NCBI GenBank assembly: GCA_030390025.1
Contig: CM059438.1
Span: 55,182,001-55,246,000 of the forward strand
Reading direction: 5' to 3'
DNA: 64,000 nucleotides
DNA from: Squalus acanthias
Lineage: Eukaryota
Part shown: positions 45,010-58,014 of the stretch, one piece after another
How the letters are laid out: every line of letters begins with the position of its first letter
How positions within the stretch are numbered: the stretch's first letter is position 1
The notes under the pieces: model-generated
The model's input: the letters and a program-made list of their open reading frames with translations, nothing else
The model's database searches: none
What the model was told of the DNA's origin: nothing
Program-made: the position numbers and the translations under genes

Positions 45010-48000
45010 CAGAGTGATCTTAAATGGAGTGCACTTAAACAGAGTGTTAAAACTTGGGAATTTGGAGAGAGTGAGAGTCTTTGGTAAGTACTGGGTGAGT
45101 ATTAGCTGTAAAAAGTGAAATTTAGTTTAACATTTTGAATTTAACTTTAAAAACTGTAGTTAACAGAAATTGTCTGTCAGTGGCAGTTAACTGTTAGTCA
45201 GTTGTAAGTGTTTGTCTTGAATAGGTGCTAATTACTGCGTACATTGAACCGAGACAGTATTTGTAACTTGGGTGTGGCTCCAAAGGTATAAAAGTAAACG
45301 CTATCTGGTGACGTACAGAGTGGTCTACATGTTTACGGAGTGCACTTAAACAGAGTGTTAAAGTTGGGAATTCGGAGCAGAGGGGGAAGGAGGTGCTGCT
45401 TTTTGCCTCCAATACTTGTAGTGCTTTGTGTTACCGGTAAATATTTAATTTAATCTACCTAGCACTTAAACCAGATCTAGTAATTAGCAAAAACTAAGCT
45501 ATACGCTAAGCTAATTAAATAAATACATTTTAATTAACTAAATAAATAAAACAAGGTTATAAAAGGATGGCAATGCAGGTGGCGTGCCACAACTGCAGCA
45601 TGTGGGAGTTTGCGGACAGCATCGCGATCTCGGACAAACACGTCTGTAGCAAGTGTCTGCATCTCGAGGAACTTCAGCTCAGAGTTGTTGAGCTGGAGTC
45701 TGAGGTGCAGACATTGCGGGGCATCAGGGAGGGGGAAGAGTTATCTGGACACTTTGAACCAGGAGGGAGTCACACCCCTTAGGTTAGGTAGTAGTACAGG
45801 TCTGGCTAGTGGTCAGGGACAGGAGGGTGTGACTGTGACTCAGACAGGTAAAGGGGCCCCAGGTGCAGTGCTGGAGGAGCCTCAGCCTTTACCCTTATCC
45901 AACAGGTATGAGGTTCTTGGTGCCTGTGTGGATGAGGGCAAAGTCTGCAGGGTGGATGAGCAAACTGACCACGGCACTGTGGTACAGGAGGCCATTCAAG
46001 TGGGGGGAGTGAAAAGGAATGTTGTAGTGGTCTGGGACAGTATAGTCAGGGGGATAGATACTGTTCTCTGCAGCCGCGACCAGGAGTTCTGAAGGCTGTG
46101 CTGCCTGCCTGGTGCCAGGGTTAAGGATATCTCCTCGCGGCTGGAGAAGAACTTGGAATGGGAGGGGGAGGATCCAGTTGTCGTGGTCCACGTAGGAACC
46201 AACAACATAGGTAGAACTAGGAATGGGTTCTGCTGAGAGTGTGTGAGGAGCTAGGGTCCACATTAAAAAGCAGAACCTCAAAGGTGGTAGTCTCTGGATT
46301 GTTACCCGAACCATGTGCAAATTGGCATAGGAACAAGCAGATCAGAGAGTTAAATGTGTGGCTCAAAGAGTGGTGTGGGAGGAAGGGGTTTCAATTCATG
46401 GGGCACTGGCATCAATACTGGGGAAAGAGGGAGTTGTTCCACTTAAACCGGGCTGGGACCAGTGTCCTGGCAAATCGAAAAGTGTCCTAGGACTGTCGAT
46501 AGGGCTTTAAATTAAAAAATGGTGGGGTGGGGGGGGAAGGTCAGGTGAGGGGAAATTTAGAGATCTAAAGAGAAAAGTCAAGGCAATGGAGCAGTGTAGA
46601 GATTTGGGTAAAGATAAGCAGAGTGTGACAGGAAGGGACAGAGAGTTTAACAGTAAAAATGTATCAGCAAATAAAGTGAAAGGAGGGAATAATGGTAAAA
46701 AGTTAAAATTAAAGGCTCTTTATCTGAATGAACGAAGCAAGATAGACGAACTAGTGGCACAAAGAGAGACAAATGGCTTTGATCTAATAGCCATTACAGA
46801 GACGTGGTTGCAAGGTGACCAAGGTTGGGAGCTAAATATTCCAGGGTACTTGATGCTTAGAAAAGACAGGCAGAATGAAAAAGGGGGATAGTCCTGATCA
46901 TTAAGGATGACATAAGGACAGTAGTGAGGCAGGATCTTGGCTCGGAAGATCAGGAAGTAGAATCAGTATGGGTGGAGACAAGAAATAACAAAGGGCAGAA
47001 AACATTGGTGGGAGTAGTTTATAGGCCCCCAAACAGTAGCTATACCGTTGGACAGAGTATTAATCAACAAATAACAGGAGCTTGTAACAAAGGTAATACA
47101 ATAATCAGGGGGTCTTTAATCTTCATGTAGACTGGGCAAATCAAATTGGCAAAGGTAGTCTGGAGGACGAGTTCATGGAATGTATTCGAGACAGTTTCCT
47201 AGAACAATACGTCATGGAACCAACCAGGGAACAGGCTATTTTAGATCCTGTATTGTGTAATAAGACAGGGTTAATTAGTAATCTCATAGTAAAGGATCAT
47301 CTGGGGAAGAGTGATCATAATATGTAAAATTTCACATTGAGTTTGAGAGTGAAATACCTCAGTTGGAAACGAGAGTCTTAAACTTAAATAAAGCCAATTT
47401 CTTAGGTATCGGGGTGAGTTGGCTAAGGTAGATTGGGAAATTAGATTAAAAGGTATGATGGTAGATAAGTAGTGGCAAACATTAAAAAAAATATTCCAAA
47501 ATTCTCAGTGAATATACATTCCATTGAGAAATAAAAACTCCACGGGAAAAGTGATCCATCCGTGCCTAACTAAAGAAGTTAAGAATATTAGATTAAAAGA
47601 AGAAGCTTATAATGTTGCAAAGAATAGTAGTAAGCCTGAGGATTGGGAGAGCTTTAGAAACCAGCAAAGGACCACCAAAAAATTGATAAAAAGGGAGAAA
47701 ATAGAATACGAGAGTAAACTAGTAAGAAATATAAAAACAGATTGTAAGAGCTTCTACAAGTATGTAAAAAGGAAGAGAGAAGCAAAAGTAAGCGTTGGTC
47801 CCTTAGAGGCTGAGATAGGCGAAATTATAACGGGGAATAAGGAAATGGCAGAGACTTTAAACAAATATTTTGTATCTGTCTTCACAGTAGAAGACACAAA
47901 AAGCATACCAAAAATAGTGGGGACCCAAGGGGCTAATAAGAGTGAGGAACTTAAAGTAATTATCAGTAGACAAAAAGTACTTGAGAAACTAATGGGACTA

Positions 48001-51000
48001 AAAGCCGACAAATCCTCTGGACCTGATGGCCTACATCCTAGGGTTCTAAAAGAGGTGGCTATAGAGACAGTGGATGCATTGGTTGTGATCTTCCAAAATT
48101 CTCTAGATTTTAGAATGGTCCCAGCGGATTGGAAGGTAGCAAATGTAACCCTGCTATTCAAGAAAGGCGGGAGAGAGAAAACGGAACTACAGCCCAGTTA
48201 GCCTGACATCAGTCGTCGGGGAAATGCTGGAATCCATTGTTAAGGAAGTGGTAACAGGGCACCTAGAAAATCATAATATGATTAGGCAGAGTCAACATGG
48301 TTTTAAGAAAGGGAAATCGTGTTTAACAAATTTATTAGAGTTTTTTGAGGATGTAACTAGCAGGGTAGATAAAGAGGAACCAGTAGATGTAATATATTTG
48401 GATTTCCAAAAGGAATTCGATAAGGTGCCACATAAAAGGTGCTATGCAAGATTCGGGCTCATGGGATTGGGAGTAATATAGTAGCATGGATAGAGGATTG
48501 GTTAATGGACAGAAAACAGAGAGTAGGGATAAACGGGTCATTTTCCAGTTGGCAGGCTGTAACTAGTGGGGTACCGCAAGGATCAGTGTTTGGGCCTCTG
48601 CTATTTACAATCTATAGCAATGAGTCATAGAGTCATAACAGCACAGAAGGAGGCCATTCGGCCCATCATGTCCGTGCTGGCTCTCTGTAGAGCAATCCAG
48701 TCAGTCCCATTCCCCTGCTCTATCCCCGTAGTCCTGCAAGTTTATTTCCCTCAAGTGCCTATCCAGTCTCCGTTTGAAAACATTGAGTGTCTCCTCTTCC
48801 ACCACTTCCGTCGGCAGCGAATTCCAGATCCTCACCACTCGCTGCATAAAAAAGTTTTTCCTCACATCCCCCCCTGTATCTCTTACCCAAAACCTCAAAT
48901 CTGTGTCCCCTAGTCCTTATACCATCAACTAGTGGGAACAGCCTTTCCTCGTCTAGCCTATCCAAACCCATCATAATCTTGTACACCTCGATCAAATCAC
49001 CCCTCAACCTCCTTTGCTCCAATGAAGACAAATCCAGCTTCTCCAACTTGTCCTTGTGGCTAAGATCCCCCATCCCCGGAACCATTCTGGTAAATCTCCT
49101 CTGCACCCTCTCAAGGGCCTTCACATCCTTCCTAAAGCGTGGTGACCAGAACTGGACGCAATACTCCAGTTGTGGCCTAACCAGCGCTTTATAAAGGTTC
49201 AGCATAACTTCTCTATTTTTGTACTCAATACCTCTATTTATGAAGCCCAAGATCCCATATGCTTTGCTAACCACTCTCTCAATATGTCCTGCCACCTTCA
49301 GGGACCCATGCACATTAACTCCCAAGTCCCTCTGTCCCTGCACACTCTTTAAAACTATGCCATTAAGTGTTTATTGCCTCTCCCTGTTCCTTCTGCCAAA
49401 ATGCATCATCTCACACTTCTCTGTATTAAATTCCATCTGCCACTTGTCTGCCCATTCTGCTAGCCTTTCTATGTCCTGTTGCAATCGACTGGTATTATCA
49501 TCACTGTTTGCCACAGCCCCAAGTTTGGTGTCATCGGCAAATTTAGAAATTCTACTCTGTATTCCAATATCCAGGTCATTTATATATATCAAAAAAAGCA
49601 GTGGCCCCAGCACTGACCCTTGGGGATCACCACTGTCTGCCATCCTCCAGTCTGATAAACAGCCATTTACCACAACTCGCTGTTTTCTGTCCTTAAGCCA
49701 AATTCCTTATCCAAGCTGCCACTGACCCACCTATTCCATGAGCCTCAATTTTGTTAACCAGCCTTCTATGTGGTACTTTGTCAAACACCTTCCGGAAATT
49801 CATGTAGACAACATCCATTGCATTCCCCTCATCAATCCTCCCTGTTACTTCATCAAAAAATTCAATTAGATTAGTCAAACACAATCTGCCTTTTACAAAT
49901 CCGTATTGGCTCTCCTTAATTAACTTAACCCTCTCCAAGTGCCCGTTTATTTTTTCCTTGATTATTGTTTCTAAAACTTTACCCACCACTGATGTTAAAC
50001 TGACCGGCCTGTAGTTACTAGGATTGTCCTTACACCCTTTCTTGAACAATGGTGTCACATTTGCCACTTTCCAATCCTCAGGCACCTCCCCCGCATCTAG
50101 GGAAGATTGGAAAATTATGGCAAGCCCTTCCGCTATCTCCTTCCCCAATTCCCTCAGCAACCTGGGATGCAAGCCATCTGGACCAGGCGACTTGTCCACT
50201 CTAAGCATACCCAGCCTTTCTAGTACATCAATATCAATTTTCACCCCTTCCATTGCTTCTACCTTTTCCACTTCTACCGATATTTTGTCAGCATCCACCT
50301 CCTTCGTAAACACCGATACAAAGTACTCATTGAGTATTCTAGCCTTGCCCTGCGCCTCTAAGCATATATCACCTTCTTTGTCCCTAATAGGCCCTACCCC
50401 GCCTCTTACTACCCGCTTACTGTTTACATGCCGGTAGAAGATTTTTGGGTTCCCTTTTATGTTAACCGCCATTCTACTCTCATTTTCTCTCTTTGTCAAT
50501 CTTATTTTCATCTTCACATCCCCTCTCAACTTATTGTATTTGGTCTGGCTCTCCCTTGAAGAATTCACCTGACATGCATCATACACCCTCTTTTTTTGTT
50601 TCATCATCTTCTCTATCTCCCTCGTCATCCAATGACTTAGATGAAGGGACCGATGCATTGTATCCAAGTTTGCTGACGATACAAAGCTAGGTGGGAAAGT
50701 AATCTGTGAGGACACAAAGATCCACAAAGGAATATAGACAGGTTAAGTGAGTGGGCAATAAAGTGGCAGATGGAGTATAATGTGGGGAAATGTGAGGTTA
50801 TTCACTTTGGTAGGAAGAATAGAAATACAGAATATTTTTTAAATGCTGAGGAACTATTAAATGTTGGTGTTGAGAGATTTAGGTGTCCTCGTACAGAAAA
50901 CAGAGAAAGTTAGCATGCAGGTACAGCAAGCAATTAGGAAGGCAAATGGCATGTTGGCCTTTATTACAAGAGGGTTGGAGTACAAGAGTAAGGAAGTCTT

Positions 51001-51607
51001 ACTACAATTGTACAGGGCTTTGGTGAGACCACACCTGGAGTACTGTGCACAGTTTTGGTCTGCTTATCTGAGAAAGGACATACTAGCCTTAGAGGGGGTG
51101 CAACGAAGGTTCACTAGACTGATCCCTGGGATGAAAAGGTTGTCCTAGAAGGAGAGATTGAGTACACTAGGCCTATATTCGCTGGAGTTTTGAAGAATAT
51201 GATCTCATTGACAGGGTAGATGCTGAGGTTGTTTCCCCTGGTTGGAGAGTCTAGAACTAGGGGGCACAGTCTCAGGATAAGAGGTCGGCCATTTAAGACT
51301 GAGATGAGCAGAAATTTCTTCACTCAGAGGGTTGTGAATCTTTGGAATCCTCTACCCCAGAGGGCTTTGGATACTGAATCGTTGAGTATATTCAAGGCTG
51401 AGATTGATAGATTTTTGGACTCATGGGGAATCAAGGGATATGGAGATCAAGCGGGAAAGTGGAGTTGAGGTCGAAGATCAGCCATGATCTTATTGAATGA
51501 CGGAGCAGGCTCGAGGGGCCGAATGGCGGAGCAGGCTCGAGGGGCCGAATGGCGGAGCAGGCTCGAGGGGCCGAATGGCCGACTCCTGCTCCTAATTCTT
51601 ATGTTCT
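45010..51607 (+). mobile_element. Full-length but degenerate CR1 LINE with a nested CR1
   Basis: 5' UTR, frameshifted ORF1 from 45567 (MAMQVACHNCSMWEF), endonuclease, RT split at 48623/50630, 3' tail. Confidence 0.92.
48624..50629 (-). mobile_element. 5'-truncated CR1 LINE (different subfamily) nested antisense
   Basis: RT ORFs 49693-50630, 49371-49673, 48759-49343; 6-bp direct repeat CAATGA at 48618-48623 and 50630-50635. Confidence 0.92.
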
Positions 51608-51610
51608 TGT

Positions 51611-52038
51611 CAGCTGTGGATCAGTGGGTAGCACTCTCACCTCTGAATCAGAAGGTTGTGGGTTCAAGTCCCACTTCAGAGATTTCAGCACATAATGCAG
51701 GCTGACACTTCAATGCAGTGCAGAGGGAGTGCTGCACGGTCGAAGATGCCATCTTTTGAATGAGACCGAGGCCCCCATCTGCCCTCTCAGGTGGATGTAA
51801 AATATCCCATGGCATTATTCGAAGAGCAGGGGAGTTCTCCCCGGTGTCCTGGCCAATACTTATTCCTCAACCAACACCACTAAAACAGATTATCTGGTCA
51901 TTATCACATTGCAAATTGGCTGCTGCGTTTTCTACATTACAACAGTGACTACACTTCTAAAGTACTTCATTGGCTGTAAAGCGCCTTGGGGACGTCCTGA
52001 GGTCGTGAAAGATGCTATAGAAATGAAGTCTTCTTCTT
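51611..52038 (+). mobile_element. Deu-domain SINE
   Basis: A/B box head and body homologous to 31241-31670. Confidence 0.8.
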
Positions 52039-52231
52039 CAACAGGTATTTAGTACTTATGAGCTTTGTACCAAATTTAATATACTATAGATTTAATATAT
52101 TAAAAGCCTTGCACACTGTGTGCACTTAATGTAATGACTTACATAAGCACACACAAAAATATATGCTCATATATTATCCCATTTCCTGTGTTGCTCCTGA
52201 TAAAGAGCCAGCACAGAGACGATGGGCTGTA

Positions 52232-52650
52232 TCATTCCATGTCCTCCTGACCTCTTTTAGAATCCTCCTCACTATTTACTACACCAAGTTTTGTATCATC
52301 TGCAAACTTTGAAATTATGCCCCCTGCACCCAGGTCCAGGGCATTAATATATATCAAAAAGAGCAGTGGTCCTAATAGCAACCCCTGGGGAACACCACTG
52401 TATACTTCCCTCCAGTCTGAAAAACAACCGTTCACCACTACTCTCGGCTTTCTGTCTCTTAGCCAATTTTGCATCCACGCAGCAACTGGACTTCAATTTT
52501 GACTGGTACTTTACTGAACGCCTTTTGAAAGTCCATATACACATCAACTGCACTACCCTCATCAACCCGCTCCGTTAATTCATCAAAGAATTCGATCAAG
52601 TTCATCAGACACAATTTGCCGTTAATAAATCCATGTTGACTGTCATTTAT
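52232..52650 (-). mobile_element. CR1 RT fragment
   Basis: SQHGF, DFQKAF, GVPQG, FADD peptides. Confidence 0.85.
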
Positions 52651-52720
52651 AACATACCAACATACTGTAACATACGAACATACTAACACTAACATTACAA
52701 AGAGTTGAAGTGTTATTTAC

Positions 52721-52901
52721 CAGGCGGGAGACTGCCGTATATCACCGCACATTCCAGTCCTCGAGCCTCAATCTGACGACTGAGTGAGTAGATGTCGGTT
52801 TTACTGAAGCACACGATACAGTCACCAGGACGCAGATTATCCAGAGACTCCAGGGCCGAGTCCAGAACAGTCATGGGGGTTAGCCGCTCGTAACTTTCAA
52901 C
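52721..52901 (-). CDS. SUPV3L1: SUPV3L1 exon 9
   Basis: [63 protein letters not shown] acceptor, GTAAAT donor; 181 bp. Confidence 0.95.
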
Positions 52902-53046
52902 CTGTTCAACAGAAAATATCAGCTTGCTGGAAACAATTCTGCCTTTTAGAGAAATATATTGCAGTAATAAGTTACATACACAGTGTAGATAAAACCCATA
53001 AACACTAGGTGGGATATAAACCCACCCACCAACAGGAGATGTACTC

Positions 53047-53995
53047 TGTGGAGAGAGAAACAGAGTTAATGTTTCAGGTCGATAACCTTTCGTCAGAAGT
53101 GGAAAAAGTTAGAGATGTAACAGATTTTAAGTAAGTGCAGGGGCAGGGAAAGTGAGGAGAGGAGGAAAGAACAAAAGGGAAGGTCTGTGATGGGGTGAAA
53201 GGCAGGAGAGATTAAATGACAAAAGGTATGATTATACAAAGCTAAAGGAGATGGTGATAGGACAAGTAAAAAAACAAAAGTGGGTCTAGAAGAGGTATAA
53301 ATGGCAATAGCATAATCATCAACAGCTGCCATTTGAAAAACTAGGGGCAGAGGTTATAGTCTGAAATTGTTGAACTCGATGTTGAGTCCAGAGGGCTGTA
53401 AAGTGCCTAATTGAAAGATGAGGTGCTGTTCCTCGAGCTTACGTTGAGCTTCGTGGAACAGTGTAAGAGGCCGAGGACGGTGAGGTCAGAGTGGGAGTGG
53501 AGTGGAGAATTCAAGTGACAGGCGACCGGAAGCTCGGGGGGGGGGGGGGGGGGGGGATGGGCACACTTGCGGACTGAACGGAGGTGTTCCGCAAAGCGGT
53601 CGCCCAATCTATGTTTGGTCTCCCCAGTGTAGAGGAGACCGCATCGTGAGCAGCGAATACAGTATACTAAATTGTGAGAAGTACAAGTAAATCGCTGTTT
53701 CACCTGGAAGGAGTGTTTGGGGCCCTGGACAGAGAGAAGGGAGGAGGTAAAAGGGCAGGTGTTGCATCTCCTGCGCTTGCACGGGAAGGTGCCGTGGGAA
53801 GGGGAGGGGGTGATTGAGGAGTGGACCAGGGTGTTGCGGACGGAGCGGTCCCTTTGGAATGCTGAAAGGGGAAGGGAGGGGAAGATGCGTTTGGTGGTGG
53901 AATCACGCTGGAGGTGGCGGAAATGATCCATTGAATGTGGAGGCTGGTGGGGTGGAAGGTGAGGTCAAGGGGAACCCTATCGTGGTTCTGGGAGG
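53047..53995 (-). mobile_element. Penelope-like element 3' fragment with hammerhead core at 53065-53096
   Basis: GIY-YIG peptide NLVYCIRCSRCGLLYTGETKHRLGDRFAEH; CTGACGAAAGGTTATCGACCTGAAAC on the minus strand. Confidence 0.88.
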
Positions 53996-54167
53996 GAGCT
54001 GCTGGCAGTAAGTATGCCTGGAAGCAGTGCTGCATATTTCAGCCAATGGACCGTCGTCCGACTTCTCTTTTGCTTCCAACAGCCAGATAGCCCAATTTGG
54101 TTTTAGATCAACTCCATTTTCTCCCCATGGTCCCGACTCCCCCTCCCCCCAGACTCAGAACACACAC

Positions 54168-54259
54168 CTCCACTTCCTCTCCTGTGTCATACATCAGCTC
54201 CATCACCAAATTAACAGCTGCAGCTTCTCCACAGATATGGATTTCTTCTGCACAAAGTC
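54168..54259 (-). CDS. SUPV3L1: SUPV3L1 exon 8
   Basis: [33 protein letters not shown] acceptor, GTGTGT donor; 92 bp. Confidence 0.94.
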
Positions 54260-54293
54260 CTGCAGTGAAAGCACAATTACAATAGAAAACTGC

Positions 54294-54706
54294 ATCAAAC
54301 ACTCTCAGGACACGTACAGCACGGGTTAGATAAGGTGTAACGTTCCCTCTACACTGTCCCATCAAACACTCCCAGGGCAGGTACAGCACGGGTTACTGAG
54401 TAAAGCTCCCTCTACACTGTCCCATCAAACACACCCAGGGCAGGTACAGCATGGGTTAAATACAGAGTAAAGTTCCCTCGACACTGTCCCATCAAACACT
54501 CTCAGGGCAGGTACAGCACAGGTTAGATACAGAGTAAAGCTCCCTCTACACTGTCCCATCAAACACTCCCAGGGCAGACACAGCACGGGTTAGATAAGGT
54601 GTAAAGCTCCCTCTACACTGTCCCATCAAACACTCCCAGGGCAGGTACAGCACGGGTTAGATACAGAGTAAAGTTCCCTCTACACTGTCCCCATCAAACA
54701 TTCCCA
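54294..54706. repeat. ~67-bp tandem repeat
   Basis: AAACACTCCCAGGGCAGGTACAGCACGGGTTAGATACAGAGTAAAGCTCCCTCTACACTGTCCCATC x ~6, starting ~35 bp upstream of the exon 8 acceptor. Confidence 0.95.
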
Positions 54707-54747
54707 GAATTCAGAGCCTGGTTTCAAAAGGTACCACCCAGACATCA

Positions 54748-57192
54748 TACATAAGAACATAAGAAATAGGAGCAGGAGTAGACCATTTGGCCCTTCGAGC
54801 CTGCTCCGCCATTCAATGAGATCATGGCTGATCTTCTGCCTCAACTATATTCACCGGCCCTATCGCCATATCCCTTGATGCCCTTACTAGTCAGAAATCT
54901 ATCGACTTCTGTTTTGAATATACCCAATGACTGAGCATCCACAACCCTCTGGGGTAGAGAATTCCAAAGATGCACTACCCTCTGTGTGAAGAAATGTCTT
55001 CTCATCTCAGTCCTGAATGGCCTATCCTTTATCTTGAGGTTGTGCCCCTGGTTCTAGACTCCCCAGCCAAGGGAAACATTCGCCCAGCATCCATCCTATC
55101 AAGCCCTGTAATAATTTTGTATGCTTCAATGAGATCCCCTCTCATTCTTCTGAATTCAAGACAATACAGGCCTAGTGTACTCAATCTCTTCTCATACGAC
55201 AGTCCCGCCATCCCAGGAATCAATCTCGTGAACCTTCGTTGCACTCCCTCTATGGCAAGTATATCCTTCCTTAGGGAAGGAGACCAAAATTGTACACAGT
55301 ACTCCAGGTGTGGTCTCACCAAGGCCCTATATAATTGGAGTAAGACTTCTTTACTCCTGTACTCAAATCCTCGTGTAATGAAGGCCAGCATACCATTTGC
55401 CTTCCTAATGGCTTGCTGCACCTGCACATTCACTTTCAGTGACTCATGTACAAGGACATCCAGGTCCCTTTGAGCATCTGCATTCCCCAATCTTTCACCA
55501 TTTAGGAAATACCCTGCCTTTCTGTTTTTTCTACCAAAGTGGATAACTTCACATTTATCCACATTATATTCCATCTGCCATGTTCTCACCCACTCACTGA
55601 GCCTGTCGAGATCCCCTTGAAGCCTCTTCAAATCCTCTTCACAACTGACACTGCCACCTAGCTTTGTATCGTCAGCAAATTTGGAAATGTTACATTTGGT
55701 CCCCTCATCCAAATCACTGACATAGATTGTGAATAGCTGGGGCCCAAGCACCGATCCTTGCGGTACCCCACTAGTCACAGCCTGCCATCCTGAAAAAGAC
55801 CAATTTATCCCTACTCTTTGTTTTCTGTCTGTTAACCAATTCTCAATCCATGCTAGTATATTACCCCCAATTCCATGTGCCCTAATTTTGTTCACCAACC
55901 TCTTGTGTGGGACCTTATCGAAGGCCTTCTGAAAATCCAGATACACCACATCCACCGGTTCCCCTTTGTCTACTCCACTAGTTACATCCTCAAAGAACTC
56001 CAATAGGTTTGTCAAACAGGATTTCCCTTTCATAAATCCATGTTGACTCTGCCCAATCTTACTATTCGTTTCTAAGTGCCCAGTTATTGCATCCTTTATA
56101 ATAGATTCCAGCATTTTCCCAACTACTGATGTGAGGCTAGCAGGTCTGTAGTTCCCCATTTTCTCTCTCCCTCCTTTCTTAAATAGCGGGGTTACATTTG
56201 CTATCCTCCAATCTGCAGGAACCATTCCAGAATCTATAGAATTTTGGAAGATGACAACCAATGCGTCCACTATCCCAATGGCCACCTCTTTCAAAACCCT
56301 AGGATGTAGGTCATCCGGTCCTTGGGATTTATCGACTTTTAGTCCCATTAATTTTGCTAGTACTGTCTTTTTACTAATAATAATTTCTTTAAGTTCCTCA
56401 TTTTCGTCACACCCTTGGTTTTCTCGTATTTCTGGGAGGTTTTATGTGTCTTCCTCCGTGAAGACAGAAACAAAGTATTTATTTAATTTCTCTGCCATTT
56501 CCTCATTCCCCATTATAAATTCTCCCGTCTCTGACTGTAAAGGACCTACATTTACCTTCGCCAGTCTTTTCCTTTTCACATACCGATAGAAGTTTACACA
56601 ATCTGTTTTTATATTTTTCGTTAGTTTGTGCTCATATTCCATTTTCCCTTTTTTTTTTAAATCAATTTCTTGGTCCCCCTTTGCTGATTTCTAAAAAGAT
56701 CCCAATCCTCAGGCTGACCGCTTTTTTGGCAACTTTATAAGCTTCATCCTTTGACTTAATACAAGCTTTAATTTCTTTTGTTAGCCATGGTTGGATCACT
56801 TTTCCTTTTGGATTTTTATGCCCTAGAGGAATATATGTTTGTTGCAAATTATGCATTATTTCCTTGAATGTTAGCCATTGTATGTCCACCTTCATACCTT
56901 TTAGTGTAGTCTCCCAATCTACCATGGCCAACTTGTCCCTCATACCCTTGTAGTTTCCTCTGTTTAGATTGAAGACCTTAGTTATCAGATTGGACTACAA
57001 CACTCTCAAACTTAATGTAAAATTCAATCATATTATGGTCACTTGTCCCTAAAGGCCCCTTTACCACAAGATTATTGATTAGCCCTTTCTCATTACACAG
57101 TAGCAAATCCAGAATAGCCTGTTCCCAGGTTGGTTCCTCCACATACTGATCCAGGAAACCATCTCGCATGCATTCCAAGAATTCGTCCTCCA
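54748..57192 (-). mobile_element. 5'-truncated CR1 LINE
   Basis: 439-aa RT ORF 55029-56348; (CATAAGAA)n tail. Confidence 0.93.
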
Positions 57193-57279
57193 ACCAGCAA
57201 TGTGAGGTAAGTACAGGTGATGTGTAATCCAGATTATTAAAGTAATTTGATGTAGAAAAGTAGAAACAAATAGTCTTAC

Positions 57280-57357
57280 CCAGCAGTGCCCTTGTCCAGG
57301 CCCAGCCTCTGGAAGGATCTCTGATCATCTGGATTTCATCAATTACAGCAATTTCAT
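57280..57357 (-). CDS. SUPV3L1: SUPV3L1 exon 7, Walker B DEIQ motif
   Basis: [29 protein letters not shown] acceptor, GTAAG donor; 78 bp. Confidence 0.96.
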
Positions 57358-57394
57358 CTGTAAAACATTGCACAGAGAGTGAATCCCCACCCAA

Positions 57395-57860
57395 GTCACT
57401 CGCTGGGGCCCCCTCCCCGCCCGCACTCGCTGGGGCCCCCTCCCCGCCCGCACTCGCTGGGGCCCCCTCCCCCGCCCCCACTCGCTGGGGCCCCCTCCCC
57501 GCCCGCACTCGCTGGGGCCCCCTCCCCGCCCACACTCGCTGGGGCCCCCTCCCCCACTCGCTGGGGCCCCCTCCCCGCCCGCACTCGCTGGGGCCCCCTC
57601 CCCCGCCCCCACTCGCTGGGGCCCCCTCCCCGCCCGCACTCGCTGGGGCCCCCTCCCCCGCCCCCACTCGCTGGGGCCCCCTCCCCACCCGCACTCGCTG
57701 GGACCCCCTCCCCCGCCTGCACTCGCTGGGGCCCCCTCCCCCACTCCCACATACTGGGGCCCCCTCCCCCTCCCCCCAACTCACTGAGACCTCTCCCCAC
57801 ACTCAGTGCCCCCACCCACCCCCTGCACTCACTGGGGCTCCCCCCCCCCCACCGCACTGG
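57395..57860. repeat. ~29-bp GC-rich minisatellite
   Basis: CACTCGCTGGGGCCCCCTCCCCGCCCG units starting ~38 bp upstream of the exon 7 acceptor. Confidence 0.95.
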
Positions 57861-58014
57861 CTCAGGTGTTGAATTACAGAGTCTGCCACGGGGGGTTGGG
57901 GGGGGTGATGACAGATTTCGGAGCTTCCATCGCTCCCACCACACGGAGGTCAATCACTAATTGGCCATCTGGTCTGGGAGCAGTGCAGAGAAGCTGCAGG
58001 ATGAGCTGTATAAT

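Noticed and set aside
39691..57192. Segmental duplication between 39691-42492 and 54748-57192
   Set aside because: Similarity is confined to CR1 sequence, the flanks and truncation points differ, and only one copy has the SINE: independent insertions of one subfamily
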